Shown piece after piece: positions 1-10,314 of a DNA stretch of 64,000 nt (the first letter of the stretch is position 1; each line of letters begins with the position of its first letter). The translations under genes were made by a program, and so were the position numbers. The stretch is from Paludibacteraceae bacterium. GTDB lineage: Bacteria > Bacteroidota > Bacteroidia > Bacteroidales > Paludibacteraceae. Under the pieces are notes generated by a model that was given only the letters and a program-made list of their open reading frames with translations, searched no databases and was not told the DNA's origin. The DNA is taken from assembly GCA_045531475.1 (NCBI GenBank), contig JAZSEB010000024.1, positions 88,017 through 152,016 on the forward strand. The letters are read 5' to 3'.

Positions 1-393
1 AGGGAGAGTAGATTCTACCAATTGTGGATTACGCTCGCCAAAAACAAATTTCATCCAATCTACATATTCTTTCCATCCGAGGTTAGTTACCTCATATTTG
101 TCCATATAGAATGGGCTTACAGTCAGAGTTCTGCGTACGCTATTGTGGGGAGCAGTGATAAACTCATCCATTTGTCCAATGGTAAATGAACCACCTGGAA
201 TAGATAGCATACCAGAAGGTATAGTAGAAGGAGCTCCAGCGTAAGCTTCAAAATTTGTGGTGTTCTTGTCAAAGGTTTTCCAACCAGTAAGGTAAGAGGT
301 TTGTGTGTTTAAATCTCCAGCGAATCCACCATTGCAACCAACTAAGGTAACAACTAGACCCAAGAATAATGTTTTTGCTACTTTTTTATTCAT
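1..393 (-). CDS. Partial lipoprotein (N-terminal part only; the gene runs off the left edge) with a SUMF1/FGE-type domain, GldJ/GldK(PorK)-like T9SS/gliding component
   Basis: Absent from the ORF track because no stop lies in the window. ATG at 393 (rc). Translation MNKKVAKTLFLGLVVTLVGCNGG..LTGWKTFDKN..IPSGMLSIPGGSFTIGQ..SPFYMDKYEVTNLGWKEYVDWMKFVF. Lipobox LVGC; the TGW and FYMD.EVTN..W.EY..W blocks match my recollection of GldJ/GldK-family proteins. Confidence 0.5.
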   Translation of the reverse strand, partial: MNKKVAKTLFLGLVVTLVGCNGGFAGDLNTQTSYLTGWKTFDKNTTNFEAYAGAPSTIPSGMLSIPGGSFTIGQMDEFITAPHNSVRRTLTVSPFYMDKYEVTNLGWKEYVDWMKFVFGERNPQLVESTLP

Positions 394-432
394 AATAAAC
401 TCTTTAAAAATGTGCATATTAGTTTCAGCCTG

Positions 433-440
433 CAAAGTTA
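433..440 (-). promoter_or_regulatory. Bacteroidetes -7 promoter box (TAACTTTG) for the GldJ-like gene
   Basis: Exact TAnnTTTG on the minus strand, 40 nt upstream of the ATG at 393. Confidence 0.5.
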
Positions 441-565
441 CAAAAAAAAAGTCAAATGACCTAAATATTTTATACAAAAAGCGTTGAAAAAGTATTTTTT
501 TAGGGAAAATGCATATTTTTGTGGTAGTTTTTTAGGAAAATTGGTATAAATCGGAATATTTTTTG

Positions 566-573
566 TAACTTTG
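566..573 (+). promoter_or_regulatory. Bacteroidetes -7 promoter box (TAACTTTG) for folP
   Basis: Exact TAnnTTTG 8 nt before the ATG at 582, implying a near-leaderless mRNA. Confidence 0.55.
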
Positions 574-581
574 CAGGTGAA

Positions 582-1400
582 ATGGAAAGGTGCATTCGAT
601 TACATGGTCGATTATTAGATGTCTCTCACCCCAAAGTGATGGCGATTGTTAATTTATCGGCAGATAGTTTTTATACTTCGTGCAATGCTTTCGATGAAGA
701 AGGATTGCTATCTTATGTTGATAATGTGCTAAAAGCGGGAGCAGATATATTAGATATAGGTGCCTGTTCTACACGTCCTAATTCTATTGCTGTAGGTGAA
801 GACGAAGAGTGGTTGCATTTATCGCAAGGACTGAGTGCTATCCGTCACCATTGGTCACATATACCAATATCAGTAGATACATTTCGTTCTGGCATTGCTG
901 AACGCGCCATTCATCATGGAGCTGATATGATAAATGATGTATATGGTGGATGTAAGGACGTGGCCATTTGGGATGTTGTTGCGAAATATAAAGTGCCATA
1001 TGTATTAACACATGCAGTGGAAAATGCACCTCAGGAAGCTTCAAACTTGATTACGAGTCAGGTGTTGCGTTTCATGCAAGAAAAACTTGACTATTTGCAC
1101 CAGCAAGGAGTAGCAGATGTGGTTGTTGACCCAGGTTTTGGTTTTGGTAAGACGTTAGAGCAAAATTATTCATTATTACGTAACTTAGAGATACTGCAAT
1201 CGCTGCATTCGCCAATTTTGGTGGGTATATCACGAAAATCAATGTTGTATAAGCCGCTCCATGCGACGCCGAGTGATGTTATTCATGCTACTGTGGCGGC
1301 CAATACTCTGGCTTTGGAACGTGGTGCGAACATTTTAAGGGTGCATGATATAGATGCAGCAGTACAAGCTATCAAGATATACGAACTCACAAATATGTAG
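582..1400 (+). CDS. folP: Dihydropteroate synthase
   Basis: 272 aa with pterin-binding-domain motifs (NLSADSFY, ILDIGACSTRP, DPGFGFGKT, GISRKS, LRVHD). Confidence 0.9.
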   Translation: MERCIRLHGRLLDVSHPKVMAIVNLSADSFYTSCNAFDEEGLLSYVDNVLKAGADILDIGACSTRPNSIAVGEDEEWLHLSQGLSAIRHHWSHIPISVDTFRSGIAERAIHHGADMINDVYGGCKDVAIWDVVAKYKVPYVLTHAVENAPQEASNLITSQVLRFMQEKLDYLHQQGVADVVVDPGFGFGKTLEQNYSLLRNLEILQSLHSPILVGISRKSMLYKPLHATPSDVIHATVAANTLALERGANILRVHDIDAAVQAIKIYELTNM

Positions 1401-1403
1401 AAT

Positions 1404-2198
1404 ATGTACATAGGGATAAAAGACATAATTGATATTTTGTTGGTTTCAACAATATTATTCGGAGTGTATAGATTGTTGCGTCGTTCGGGAGCTAGCAATC
1501 TTTTTTGGGGAATTTTAGCATTCGTCTTTGCATGGTTATTGGTTAGTTATGTCTTTGACTTGGAATTAACGGGTGTATTATTTGAGCGTTTTGTTAGTGT
1601 GGGAGCGATTGCACTGGTTGTTATTTTTCAAACGGAGATACGCTCATTCTTTTATGGTATCGGAGCGCGTTTTAATATGGAACGCATACGTACACATTGG
1701 TCGAAAACACGCAATGCTGAAGAGGCACAGCGTCAGATTGATTGTATCGTGTTGGCATGTTCTCATATGTCGGCTTCAAAGACAGGCGCACTGATTATCA
1801 TTACTAAGAATCAAGGGTTAAATGAATATGCTGATACTGGCGAGATAGTAGATGCCGCTATCTCTGTGCAAATGATTGAAAATATTTTTTTCAAAAATAC
1901 GCCTCTTCATGATGGGGCAATGATTATTTCATCAGGACGCATATATGCTGCAGCTTGTATTTTACCTGTATCCAAACGACAAGATTTGCCAAAGTCTTAT
2001 GGCCTTCGTCATCGAGCAGCACTAGGATTGGCAGAAAAAACGGATGCAATTGCCATTGTTGTTTCTGAAGAAACGGGTAAGATATCGGTGGCTCAGGGGA
2101 ATACGATAAAAACGGTATCTACCAATGAGTTGGAGCATACATACTTAGCTCCTGCATATGGTGTAGAATATAAAAAGGATAATAATAAAACAAAATAA
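1404..2198 (+). CDS. cdaA: Diadenylate cyclase CdaA (three N-terminal TM helices plus a DAC domain)
   Basis: Hydrophobic N-terminus followed by [46 protein letters not shown]. Lies 4 nt after folP. Confidence 0.85.
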   Translation: MYIGIKDIIDILLVSTILFGVYRLLRRSGASNLFWGILAFVFAWLLVSYVFDLELTGVLFERFVSVGAIALVVIFQTEIRSFFYGIGARFNMERIRTHWSKTRNAEEAQRQIDCIVLACSHMSASKTGALIIITKNQGLNEYADTGEIVDAAISVQMIENIFFKNTPLHDGAMIISSGRIYAAACILPVSKRQDLPKSYGLRHRAALGLAEKTDAIAIVVSEETGKISVAQGNTIKTVSTNELEHTYLAPAYGVEYKKDNNKTK

Positions 2199-2202
2199 AA
2201 TT

Positions 2203-4275
2203 ATGACATTTCAACGAACTCTTGTAACTTCGGCTCTTCCTTATGCCAATGGTCCTGTTCACATTGGACACTTGGCAGGTGTATATGTACCAGCCGATAT
2301 TTATGTGCGCTATCTCCGTTTGAAAGGCGAGAATGTACTTTTTGTGGGTGGTAGCGATGAGCACGGTGTACCTGTTACTATCCGTGCACGCAAAGAAGGT
2401 ATCACCACCCAGCAAGTGGTAGATCGTTATCATCAAATCATCAAAGATTCTTTCGAGGGTTTTGGTATCTCTTTCGATGTCTATTCGCGTACAACAAGCC
2501 AAACGCATCATCAACTTGCTGCTGATTTCTTCCGTCATCTTTATGATAATGGAAAGTTTATCGAACAAACATCAGAGCAGTTCTACGATCCTGAGACTCA
2601 GGAGTTTCTGACAGACCGTAATATCCGTGGTGAATGTCCACGTTGCCATGCTGCAGGAGCATATGGTGATCAATGCGAAAAATGCGGTGCTACATTGTCT
2701 CCAGATGAACTCATTAACCCATACAATGCTATCAATGGTAATCCTCTGACTAAGAAAGAAACCAAACACTGGTATTTGCCGTTGGATCAGTATCAACAAT
2801 GGCTTGAGGAATGGATTCTTCAAGATCACAAAGAGTGGCGTCCAAATGTTTATGGTCAATGTAAATCTTGGTTGGATGGTGGACTCCGTCCACGTGCAGT
2901 AACGCGTGATTTGGATTGGGGTATTCCAGTGCCCGTGGAGGGAGCAGAAGGCAAAGTACTTTATGTGTGGTTTGATGCGCCTATTGGCTATATTTCTAAC
3001 ACCAAAGAGCTATGCGATGCTAAACCAGAATACGGCAATTGGGAAACTTGGTGGAAAGACCCATCTACTCGTTTGATTCATTTTATTGGTAAGGATAATA
3101 TTGTTTTCCATTGTATTGTATTCCCTACAATGCTTAAGGCAGAAGGTTCATATATATTACCAGATAACGTACCATCTAATGAGTTTCTCAATCTTGAAGG
3201 TGACAAGATTTCTACCTCTCGCAATTGGGCAGTATGGCTCAATGAATATTTGGTAGATTTCCCTGGTAAGCAAGATGTATTGCGTTATGTACTTACTGCT
3301 AATGCGCCAGAAACCAAGGATAACGATTTCACTTGGGCAGATTTCCAAGCACGCAACAATAACGAGCTAGTGGCTATCTATGGAAACTTTGTCAATCGTG
3401 CGTTGGTGCTGACCAAGAAGTATTTTGATGGGAAAGTGCCTGCTGCTGGCGTTTTCAACGAATACGACCAAGCTACTATTGCAGAGTTCCAAAATGTTAA
3501 AATAGAAGTAGAAAAACTGCTCAACGATTTCCGTTTCCGTGATGCTCAAAAGGAAGCGATGAATTTAGCCCGTATAGGTAATAAGTACTTGGCAGATACT
3601 GAGCCATGGAAAGTGGCAAAAACGGATATGGATCGTACTGCTACAATCTTGCACTTGGCATTGCAAATCGCTGCTAATCTGAGTATTGTTTTTGAGCCAT
3701 TCTTGCCTTTCTCATCAGCCAAACTACGTCAAATGCTCTCGATGTCCGAACTTAAGTGGGAGGAGTTGGGTAATATCGATTTGCTCAAAGAAGGTCAAGC
3801 CCTTGGCGAGATTAGTCTGCTCTTCGAGAAGATAGAGGATGTCGCTATCCAAGCGCAACTCGATCGACTTGCTACTATCAAGGCTGCCAATGAGGAGGCT
3901 GAGAAGCAAGAAGCTCTCCGCAACTGGCAACCTGAGCCAATTAAAGAAGCTACCAATATAGATGAATTTGGCAAGATGGATATTCGCGTAGCAACCGTAC
4001 TTGATTGTCAACCTGTTAAGAAATCTGAACGTTTGCTTCAATTCCGTCTTGATGATGGAATGGGTGGTCGTACTATCCTTTCGGGTATTGCACAAAGTTA
4101 TCCAGATCCATCCGTGTTGATTGGCAAGCAAATCTTATTCATTGCTAATTTTCCTCCACGTAAGATGATGGGTATCGAATCGCAGGGTATGATTCTTTCT
4201 GCGGTAGATGCAGATGGCAAACTGGTTGTGACCACTGTTACTGCACCCGTTAAGAATGGTAGTCAAGTAGGATAA
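2203..4275 (+). CDS. metG: Methionine--tRNA ligase with a C-terminal tRNA-binding (EMAP-like) domain
   Basis: 690 aa. HIGH-type motif (PVHIGHLAG), Zn knuckle [18 protein letters not shown] (KMSKS-like), C-terminal DIRVATV..GMILSA. Confidence 0.95.
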   Translation: MTFQRTLVTSALPYANGPVHIGHLAGVYVPADIYVRYLRLKGENVLFVGGSDEHGVPVTIRARKEGITTQQVVDRYHQIIKDSFEGFGISFDVYSRTTSQTHHQLAADFFRHLYDNGKFIEQTSEQFYDPETQEFLTDRNIRGECPRCHAAGAYGDQCEKCGATLSPDELINPYNAINGNPLTKKETKHWYLPLDQYQQWLEEWILQDHKEWRPNVYGQCKSWLDGGLRPRAVTRDLDWGIPVPVEGAEGKVLYVWFDAPIGYISNTKELCDAKPEYGNWETWWKDPSTRLIHFIGKDNIVFHCIVFPTMLKAEGSYILPDNVPSNEFLNLEGDKISTSRNWAVWLNEYLVDFPGKQDVLRYVLTANAPETKDNDFTWADFQARNNNELVAIYGNFVNRALVLTKKYFDGKVPAAGVFNEYDQATIAEFQNVKIEVEKLLNDFRFRDAQKEAMNLARIGNKYLADTEPWKVAKTDMDRTATILHLALQIAANLSIVFEPFLPFSSAKLRQMLSMSELKWEELGNIDLLKEGQALGEISLLFEKIEDVAIQAQLDRLATIKAANEEAEKQEALRNWQPEPIKEATNIDEFGKMDIRVATVLDCQPVKKSERLLQFRLDDGMGGRTILSGIAQSYPDPSVLIGKQILFIANFPPRKMMGIESQGMILSAVDADGKLVVTTVTAPVKNGSQVG

Positions 4276-4293
4276 ATAACCTGATATATAAAC

Positions 4294-4327
4294 AAAAAAT
4301 GAGGTCGTTCGACCTCATTTTTTTATA
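4294..4327. terminator. Bidirectional intrinsic terminator between convergent metG and the helicase gene
   Basis: Stem AATGAGGTC (4298-4306), loop GTTC, stem GACCTCATT (4311-4319), flanked by an A-run on the left and a T-run on the right. Confidence 0.7.
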
Positions 4328-6584
4328 TTCGCTCTAGTTTCGCATAGGTAACGAGCAATGTTTTCTTACCAACTTGATCAAATTGTATATCAATCTTATC
4401 GTTATCGTTTTCTCGATATACCGCTAGCACTGTTCCATTGCCGAATACACGATGGTTGACGCGATCATCTTTTTGCCATTCCGAACGAATAGCTTTCTTC
4501 TTTCCTTTTTCTTGCATACCGGTTGTACGAGTGAGGTGTGATGGGCCAGATATGCTAGGCATGTTGCTTACTACCTCCTTCTTGCTGCTGGATGACATAG
4601 GTTTTCGGGTAGGTTTTAATCCGTCGGTTTGTAGTAAGAATTGATTATCAATATCTTTCAGGAAACGCGAAGGAGTAGTGAAGTTCACTTGTCCATTGCG
4701 GAATCGTTGTCGTGCCCACATGAGGTAACAACGTTCCATGCTACGGGTAATGGCTACATACAATAATCGGCGTTCTTCTTCAATCTCACGCACGGTTTGG
4801 CAGAAAGCAGAAGGGAATAAATTCTCTTCCAGACCAACGATAAAATTAGTGTTAAATTCCAAACCTTTTGCTGCGTGAATAGTAAGTAGGGTAACACGCG
4901 CTTGGGTATCGTCAAGATGTTCATCTTGATCAGTAAGTAAGCTAACTTCCGATAGAAAATCTGCGATAGGTGTGAAGTCTATTCCTTCTTTTTTGCGGCG
5001 TTCGCAGAACTCATGGATACTGCTCAACATTTCTTCTAAGTTTTCCCAACGAGCAATACCTTCTTGAGTAGTATCAGCTTTTGCCTCGCGCATGATGCCA
5101 CTTTCGGTTAGTATATCTTTGGCAAAGTCATAGGCATTTTTTGTTGCGGATTCTTCTGCGTAGCGATGAATCATTTGTGCAAACTCCAGCACTTTTTTCT
5201 GGGTGGCAACGGATAATTCTGTGCCCAAGTTCTCTGGAGCTGAAGCTATGTTCATCAGCGAACATTTATTGCTACGGGCAGCATCATATAGTTTATTAAT
5301 AGTGGTCTCTCCAATGCCTCGTGTAGGGAAGTTTACAATACGCAAGAATGCCTCGTCATCGGATAGGTTGGTTGCTAGTCGCAAGTATCCCAACGCATCT
5401 TTAATTTCCTTTCGTTGGTAGAAACTAGTACCTCCGTATATACGATATGGAATGGATAGTTGGCGTAGCTCATCCTCTATAACGCGCGATTGAGCGTTCG
5501 TACGATACATCACTGCTATATCGTCGTAACTCAGGGCGCTGGCATTAAGGCGCATGAGCAGATGTATTTGTTGAGCTACTGCTTTGGCTTCATCGCGGTC
5601 ACTCATGTATGTAGCAAGAGATATCCGTTCGCCTATTCGCAGTTCCGAATAAACGTTTTTTTGTATTTGCCCTTTGTTGTGTCTGATTAGGGAGTTGGCA
5701 GCATTCACGATGGTTTGTGTAGAACGATAGTTTCTCTCCAGTTTGAATAGTTTAGCATCGCTATAGCCCTTCTGAAAGTTCAGAATATTGCTGATATCTG
5801 CACCGCGGAACGAATAAATCGACTGTGCATCATCTCCCACTACGCATACGCGGTTCTCAGGCGCCGCTAGTTGCTTAACCAGCAGATATTGACTATAGTT
5901 AGTATCTTGATACTCATCTACCAACACATATTCAAACATCTCTTGATATTTCTTCAGTATATCCTCATGCTTTGCGAATAGCTGATTGGTTTTCATTAGC
6001 AGGTCGTCAAAATCCATAGCATTTGCGGCTTTCAGTCTTCGGTTGTATTCGATATAGATACGTACCATATCGTACATCTTCTCAAAGCGGTCTCTCATAA
6101 GATAATCGCGATTGGCTGCGTATTGATCAGGACCTTGTAATAGGTTCTTAGCCATAGATATTCTATTGTGTACTACTGATGCTTTGTACACTTTGTCATC
6201 CAAACGAAAATCTTTGATGATATGCTTAATTACTGATTTGGAATCTGTAGTGTCATACACACTAAAATCGCGTGTGTAACCCAATACTTCGGCTTCTTGG
6301 CGGAGCATGCGAAGGCACATCGAGTGGAATGTACCCATCCATAAATATCGGGCCGTATGGTCGCCTACTAGTTGACTAATACGATTTTTCATTTCTCGTG
6401 CAGCTTTGTTGGTAAAGGTCAATGCTAATATGCGGCTTGCTGCTACACCTTGTTCCAGCAGATATGCAATCTTATAAGTTAGCACACGTGTCTTGCCAGA
6501 TCCTGCACCTGCAATCACCAAGTGAGGACCATCGTTGTACAATACAGCTTCTTGTTGAGAAGGGTTAAGTTCAGAGAGATTCAT
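4323..6584 (-). CDS. pcrA: ATP-dependent DNA helicase, UvrD/PcrA/Rep family (SF1)
   Basis: 753 aa. Walker A AGAGSGKT, DEYQDTN, FRGA, YRS, TIHAAKGLEF, VAITR. Confidence 0.85.
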   Translation of the reverse strand: MNLSELNPSQQEAVLYNDGPHLVIAGAGSGKTRVLTYKIAYLLEQGVAASRILALTFTNKAAREMKNRISQLVGDHTARYLWMGTFHSMCLRMLRQEAEVLGYTRDFSVYDTTDSKSVIKHIIKDFRLDDKVYKASVVHNRISMAKNLLQGPDQYAANRDYLMRDRFEKMYDMVRIYIEYNRRLKAANAMDFDDLLMKTNQLFAKHEDILKKYQEMFEYVLVDEYQDTNYSQYLLVKQLAAPENRVCVVGDDAQSIYSFRGADISNILNFQKGYSDAKLFKLERNYRSTQTIVNAANSLIRHNKGQIQKNVYSELRIGERISLATYMSDRDEAKAVAQQIHLLMRLNASALSYDDIAVMYRTNAQSRVIEDELRQLSIPYRIYGGTSFYQRKEIKDALGYLRLATNLSDDEAFLRIVNFPTRGIGETTINKLYDAARSNKCSLMNIASAPENLGTELSVATQKKVLEFAQMIHRYAEESATKNAYDFAKDILTESGIMREAKADTTQEGIARWENLEEMLSSIHEFCERRKKEGIDFTPIADFLSEVSLLTDQDEHLDDTQARVTLLTIHAAKGLEFNTNFIVGLEENLFPSAFCQTVREIEEERRLLYVAITRSMERCYLMWARQRFRNGQVNFTTPSRFLKDIDNQFLLQTDGLKPTRKPMSSSSKKEVVSNMPSISGPSHLTRTTGMQEKGKKKAIRSEWQKDDRVNHRVFGNGTVLAVYRENDNDKIDIQFDQVGKKTLLVTYAKLERI

Positions 6585-6619
6585 GATAAGTTTTGTTATT
6601 TTGCATGCTATTCAACGTG

Positions 6620-6627
6620 CAAAAGTA
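6620..6627 (-). promoter_or_regulatory. -7 promoter box (TACTTTTG) for the helicase gene
   Basis: Exact TAnnTTTG on the minus strand, 36 nt upstream of the ATG at 6584. Confidence 0.5.
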
Positions 6628-6689
6628 CAAAAAAAATATGAAATATCAAAATAATTAATCAAACTTATGGATATTTGCGTTTTTTTTTG

Positions 6690-6697
6690 TACCTTTG
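6690..6697 (+). promoter_or_regulatory. -7 promoter box (TACCTTTG) for the methyltransferase gene
   Basis: Exact TAnnTTTG 22 nt before the ATG at 6719. It lies inside the TTG-extended track ORF, which argues for the ATG start. Confidence 0.55.
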
Positions 6698-6718
6698 CCA
6701 CGATTTTGTGGAAAAGAT

Positions 6719-8077
6719 ATGTTGCCTACCGATTTTATAGAAAATCTTCATGAACTGTTGTCTCCTGTGGAGGTGCAGCAGTTGTGTCAAGCATTAGAGA
6801 CAACGCCTTCTGTTTCTATCCGACTAAACGACAAGGTGGAGTATCTCACTTTTGATGCGGACACCGATGAAGTTCCATGGCATGAAGATGGCTATTATCT
6901 CAGCCAACGCCCTCCATTTACTTTAGACCCTCTATTCCATGCGGGCTGCTATTATGTGCAAGAAGCTAGTAGCATGTTCGTGGAAAAGGTACTGCAGCAA
7001 TATGTCTCACGCGATAGCGTCGTGTTGGATCTTTGTGCGGCGCCAGGTGGAAAATCCACATTGATAAGTCAATATCTGGGCCGTGAGGGAATGCTAGTGA
7101 GCAACGAGGTGGTTCGCTCTCGTGTTTTTGTGTTGTCTGAGAACATCCAGAAATGGGGTAATGGAAATACGGTTGTCACTCATAACCAATCCGCAGATTT
7201 CGGAACACGACTACCAGGCGTATTTGATTGTGTGTTAGTGGACGCTCCTTGTTCGGGCGAAGGAATGTTTCGCAAGGATGACGTGGCAATAGACGAATGG
7301 AGCGAAGCAAATGTAGAGGCATGTGTGGCTCGCCAGCGTAAAATCTTGCAAGATGTATGGGATGCATTGCGTCCAGGAGGCATATTAATATACTCTACTT
7401 GCACGTTCAATCCTTGGGAGAACGAAGATAATGCTAATTGGATAGCCGAGTCTTTGGGTGCGGATATACTGGAAGTGCCCATTATGTCTGAATGGGGCAT
7501 TACGCTGGGTAATCCGGGCTATCACTTCTATCCTCATAAAACGCGTGGCGAAGGGTTTTATATTTGTGTCTTGCGCAAGCACAACAAAGGAGTGGTGGCA
7601 GATAACCGACCATTTAAGAGTCGCCTTCCTAAATTCAAACCTCAACCTGCAACGGCAGTTGAAGGAAAAGAAATCATGCGTCAGTGGCTGCACCATCCCG
7701 ATTGGTGGGAGTTGCGTCAGCAAGATAGGTTCGTAGTCGCATATCCTGCTAAATACAAAGAGTTTATCTGCATTTTGAGCAAGCAATTTATATGCATCAG
7801 TACGGGCTTTGGCTTGGGCGAGATTCGTGGCAAGAATATGGTGCCACAACATTCTTTGGCTATGGTGAAGGATTTCCGCAAGGAGGCATTCCCGCATATC
7901 GAGCTAACGCTGGAACAGGCACTTAGTTACTTGCGAACTGAAGCTCTTTCTTTTCCCGATGCACCTTTAGGTGTATTGTTGGTTACTTATCAACAAGTGC
8001 CACTGGGCTTTGTGAAAAATGTTGGCAATCATTGCAACAATCTATATCCGAAAGAATGGAGAATTCGTAAACTATGA
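6719..8077 (+). CDS. RNA cytosine-C5 methyltransferase, NOL1/NOP2/Sun family (RsmF-like)
   Basis: SAM-binding LDLCAAPGGKS, catalytic DAPCSGEGM and YSTCT motifs. Start moved from the TTG at 6695 to the ATG at 6719. Confidence 0.8.
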   Translation: MLPTDFIENLHELLSPVEVQQLCQALETTPSVSIRLNDKVEYLTFDADTDEVPWHEDGYYLSQRPPFTLDPLFHAGCYYVQEASSMFVEKVLQQYVSRDSVVLDLCAAPGGKSTLISQYLGREGMLVSNEVVRSRVFVLSENIQKWGNGNTVVTHNQSADFGTRLPGVFDCVLVDAPCSGEGMFRKDDVAIDEWSEANVEACVARQRKILQDVWDALRPGGILIYSTCTFNPWENEDNANWIAESLGADILEVPIMSEWGITLGNPGYHFYPHKTRGEGFYICVLRKHNKGVVADNRPFKSRLPKFKPQPATAVEGKEIMRQWLHHPDWWELRQQDRFVVAYPAKYKEFICILSKQFICISTGFGLGEIRGKNMVPQHSLAMVKDFRKEAFPHIELTLEQALSYLRTEALSFPDAPLGVLLVTYQQVPLGFVKNVGNHCNNLYPKEWRIRKL

Positions 8078-9084
8078 AACGTCTTTTCCCTTTTCTTATA
8101 CTCTTTTTTGCTCTCCCACTTTCTGCTCAGCAGTGGTATTTTTGGATTGACAAATACCACGAGGCAGAGCGTCCTTTTCTAAAAGAATCCAAACGGGTGA
8201 TGGTAGTCAACAATGCGGTGAACCAACCTGCTGATTTTGGCCATTCGGTGGTTGTAGATGGCGTCCCCACTTCGCAAGAAGAGGTCGCACTGGATAATGC
8301 AGCTTTGCATTGCCTTTTTGCAGCGGTGCAAACAATGAACGAGAGTCTAGAGTTAGAGCAAGTGGAATTGCAGGAAAAAAGCCAAAACACGAGTCTAGAT
8401 TTCTATTCGCGTCGCCCGCTCCCTACGAATATAGCGCAGCAGTTATGTGCTCAGTACGAGGTGGAAGCGTTGCTGGTTCTCAATCAATTAGTCCTCTATA
8501 ATATCGTTGAAAGTTATCCCTCTAAAGGTACTTATTTTGCTTACTTGCAAGCATGTGCTCAAGCCCATTGGACGGTCTTTCACCGCAATGGTCGTCAGCA
8601 TGTCTTCACGACTGCTGATACGCTTTTTTGGGAGAGTGACTTGGGGTATACACGTCAGGAGGTACTTCGTCAGCTCCCTGCTACACAGGAAGCGTTGCTG
8701 TATTTGGCACGTGAAGTGGGAGCCTCTACTGCAGAATCGCTGATAGGACAATGGTTGCCTGAAAAACGATATTTGTATGACTATGATAACGGAGTTATCA
8801 AAAAGGGTCTCAAAGCATCGCAGTACCAACGTTGGGAGGACGCTATTCGTCTTTGGTCCTCTGTCTGCGATGATGCCAATCGTAAGGTGGCAGCAGTAGC
8901 TAGTGCTAATATTGCTATTGCTTACGAGCTTTTGGGCGATTATGCTTCTGCTTGCGATTATGCCCAGCGTGCCATCCGCCTTTTCGGCGCTTGGAAGACG
9001 GCTTACGGTCGTCAGCAGCAAGTGAACATACGCTACTATCTGGAGCAGCTCCGAGACCGTCAGGCAAAGGCAAGCGCTCAATAA
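8074..9084 (+). CDS. Hypothetical secreted protein with a TPR-like C-terminus
   Basis: 336 aa. Signal peptide MKRLFPFLILFFALPLSAQQ. Its ATG overlaps the stop of the upstream gene (ATGA). TPR-like ..IAIAYELLGDYASACDYAQRAI.. No family recognised. Confidence 0.5.
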   Translation: MKRLFPFLILFFALPLSAQQWYFWIDKYHEAERPFLKESKRVMVVNNAVNQPADFGHSVVVDGVPTSQEEVALDNAALHCLFAAVQTMNESLELEQVELQEKSQNTSLDFYSRRPLPTNIAQQLCAQYEVEALLVLNQLVLYNIVESYPSKGTYFAYLQACAQAHWTVFHRNGRQHVFTTADTLFWESDLGYTRQEVLRQLPATQEALLYLAREVGASTAESLIGQWLPEKRYLYDYDNGVIKKGLKASQYQRWEDAIRLWSSVCDDANRKVAAVASANIAIAYELLGDYASACDYAQRAIRLFGAWKTAYGRQQQVNIRYYLEQLRDRQAKASAQ

Positions 9085-10180
9085 CTTTCTGCAAGAATCG
9101 CTCAATCTTATTAAAGAATTGCTTATCTTCGGGGCTCACTAGTGTGATTGCCTCGCCTTTGTTTTCTGCGCGAGCGGTGCGACCGATACGGTGCACATAG
9201 TCTTCTGCATCGCGAGGTACGTCGTAGTTGATCACGAGCGGTATATCATCTACATCTATTCCGCGGGATACAATATCGGTGGCTACTAATACATCCACTT
9301 TGCCGTTCCGGAAGTCCAGCATTACTTCGTCGCGCTCTTTCTGCTCCAGGTCGGAGTGCATAGCACGTGCATCTATACGATTCGCACGCAGCGTACGAGT
9401 CAGCTCTTTCACCTTTTGCTTCTTCCCTACAAAGATGATAACTTTTTTTAGTCCACGCTCTTTAAGCAAGAGTTTGAGGAAATCGTTCTTTTGTGGTTCG
9501 TAAATATCAGCTGCTTGTTGCTTGATACTTTCTGGCGGACGTGAGATAGCTATCTGCACTTCTACAGGATTGTGCATGATGGCTTTTGCCATTTTGCGGA
9601 TATTCGTTGGCATAGTAGCCGAGAACATAATCGTCTGGCGCTCTTTAGGCAACTTATTGACGATGGTCATGATGTCGTCATAGAAGCCCATATCCAACAT
9701 GCGGTCTGCTTCATCGAGGATAAAATACTTCACACCCGAGAAGTCAATATCATAGATATTCATTTGGCTGAGCAATCGTCCTGGTGTAGCGATGACAATA
9801 TCTGCACCCTTCTGCAAACCAGTCACTTGCGTGCCCCAAGCACCGCTATCGTTACCGCCATAGATAGCCACGGATGAGAATGGAACATAGAACCCAAAAC
9901 CTTCCATTTGTTGGTCTATCTGCTGTGCTAGTTCTCGGGTGGGTGCCATGATGATGGCATTCAGGCGGTTGGGATCGTGGTTGTCGTATTGAAGGTTGGT
10001 GAGGAGGGGCAGGATATATGCGGCTGTCTTGCCTGTACCTGTTTGCGCACATGAAATCACATCGTGTCCGTCCAGTATCACAGGGATGGTCTGCTCTTGC
10101 ACAGGTGTGCAAGTATCAAAATGCATATCCCACAATGCATCCAATACCTGATCTGATAATGCTAATTCGTCAAAATACAT
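8915..10180 (-). CDS. DEAD-box ATP-dependent RNA helicase with a basic C-terminal tail
   Basis: Q-motif TPVQEQ, AQTGTGKT, PTRELA, DEAD, SAT, HRIGRTAR. Start set at MYFDELALS (10180) because the upstream extension contains the promoter box. Confidence 0.9.
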   Translation of the reverse strand: MYFDELALSDQVLDALWDMHFDTCTPVQEQTIPVILDGHDVISCAQTGTGKTAAYILPLLTNLQYDNHDPNRLNAIIMAPTRELAQQIDQQMEGFGFYVPFSSVAIYGGNDSGAWGTQVTGLQKGADIVIATPGRLLSQMNIYDIDFSGVKYFILDEADRMLDMGFYDDIMTIVNKLPKERQTIMFSATMPTNIRKMAKAIMHNPVEVQIAISRPPESIKQQAADIYEPQKNDFLKLLLKERGLKKVIIFVGKKQKVKELTRTLRANRIDARAMHSDLEQKERDEVMLDFRNGKVDVLVATDIVSRGIDVDDIPLVINYDVPRDAEDYVHRIGRTARAENKGEAITLVSPEDKQFFNKIERFLQKVIERLPLPDGLGAAPDSSVCSLAADDRKPSSKRRKGGWHAGHNRKQKHNRPKARKQ

Positions 10181-10203
10181 ATCAAAATTTCTATAATAGG
10201 GTG

Positions 10204-10211
10204 CAAAGGTA
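10204..10211 (-). promoter_or_regulatory. -7 promoter box (TACCTTTG) for the DEAD-box helicase
   Basis: Exact TAnnTTTG on the minus strand, 24 nt upstream of the ATG at 10180. Confidence 0.55.
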
Positions 10212-10314
10212 CTGAAAAATTTACAGATATGCAATAATCAGTGTGGAAAATGCCAATTTGATAGTGAAATTAAGAGAGAGGGTAAGATAAGCTTTACACC
10301 AAATTCATAAAAGA

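Noticed and set aside
305-487. 60-aa plus-strand ORF at the left edge
   Set aside because: It is antisense to the GldJ-like gene's 5' end and promoter region. The A/T-rich tail gives an implausible peptide.
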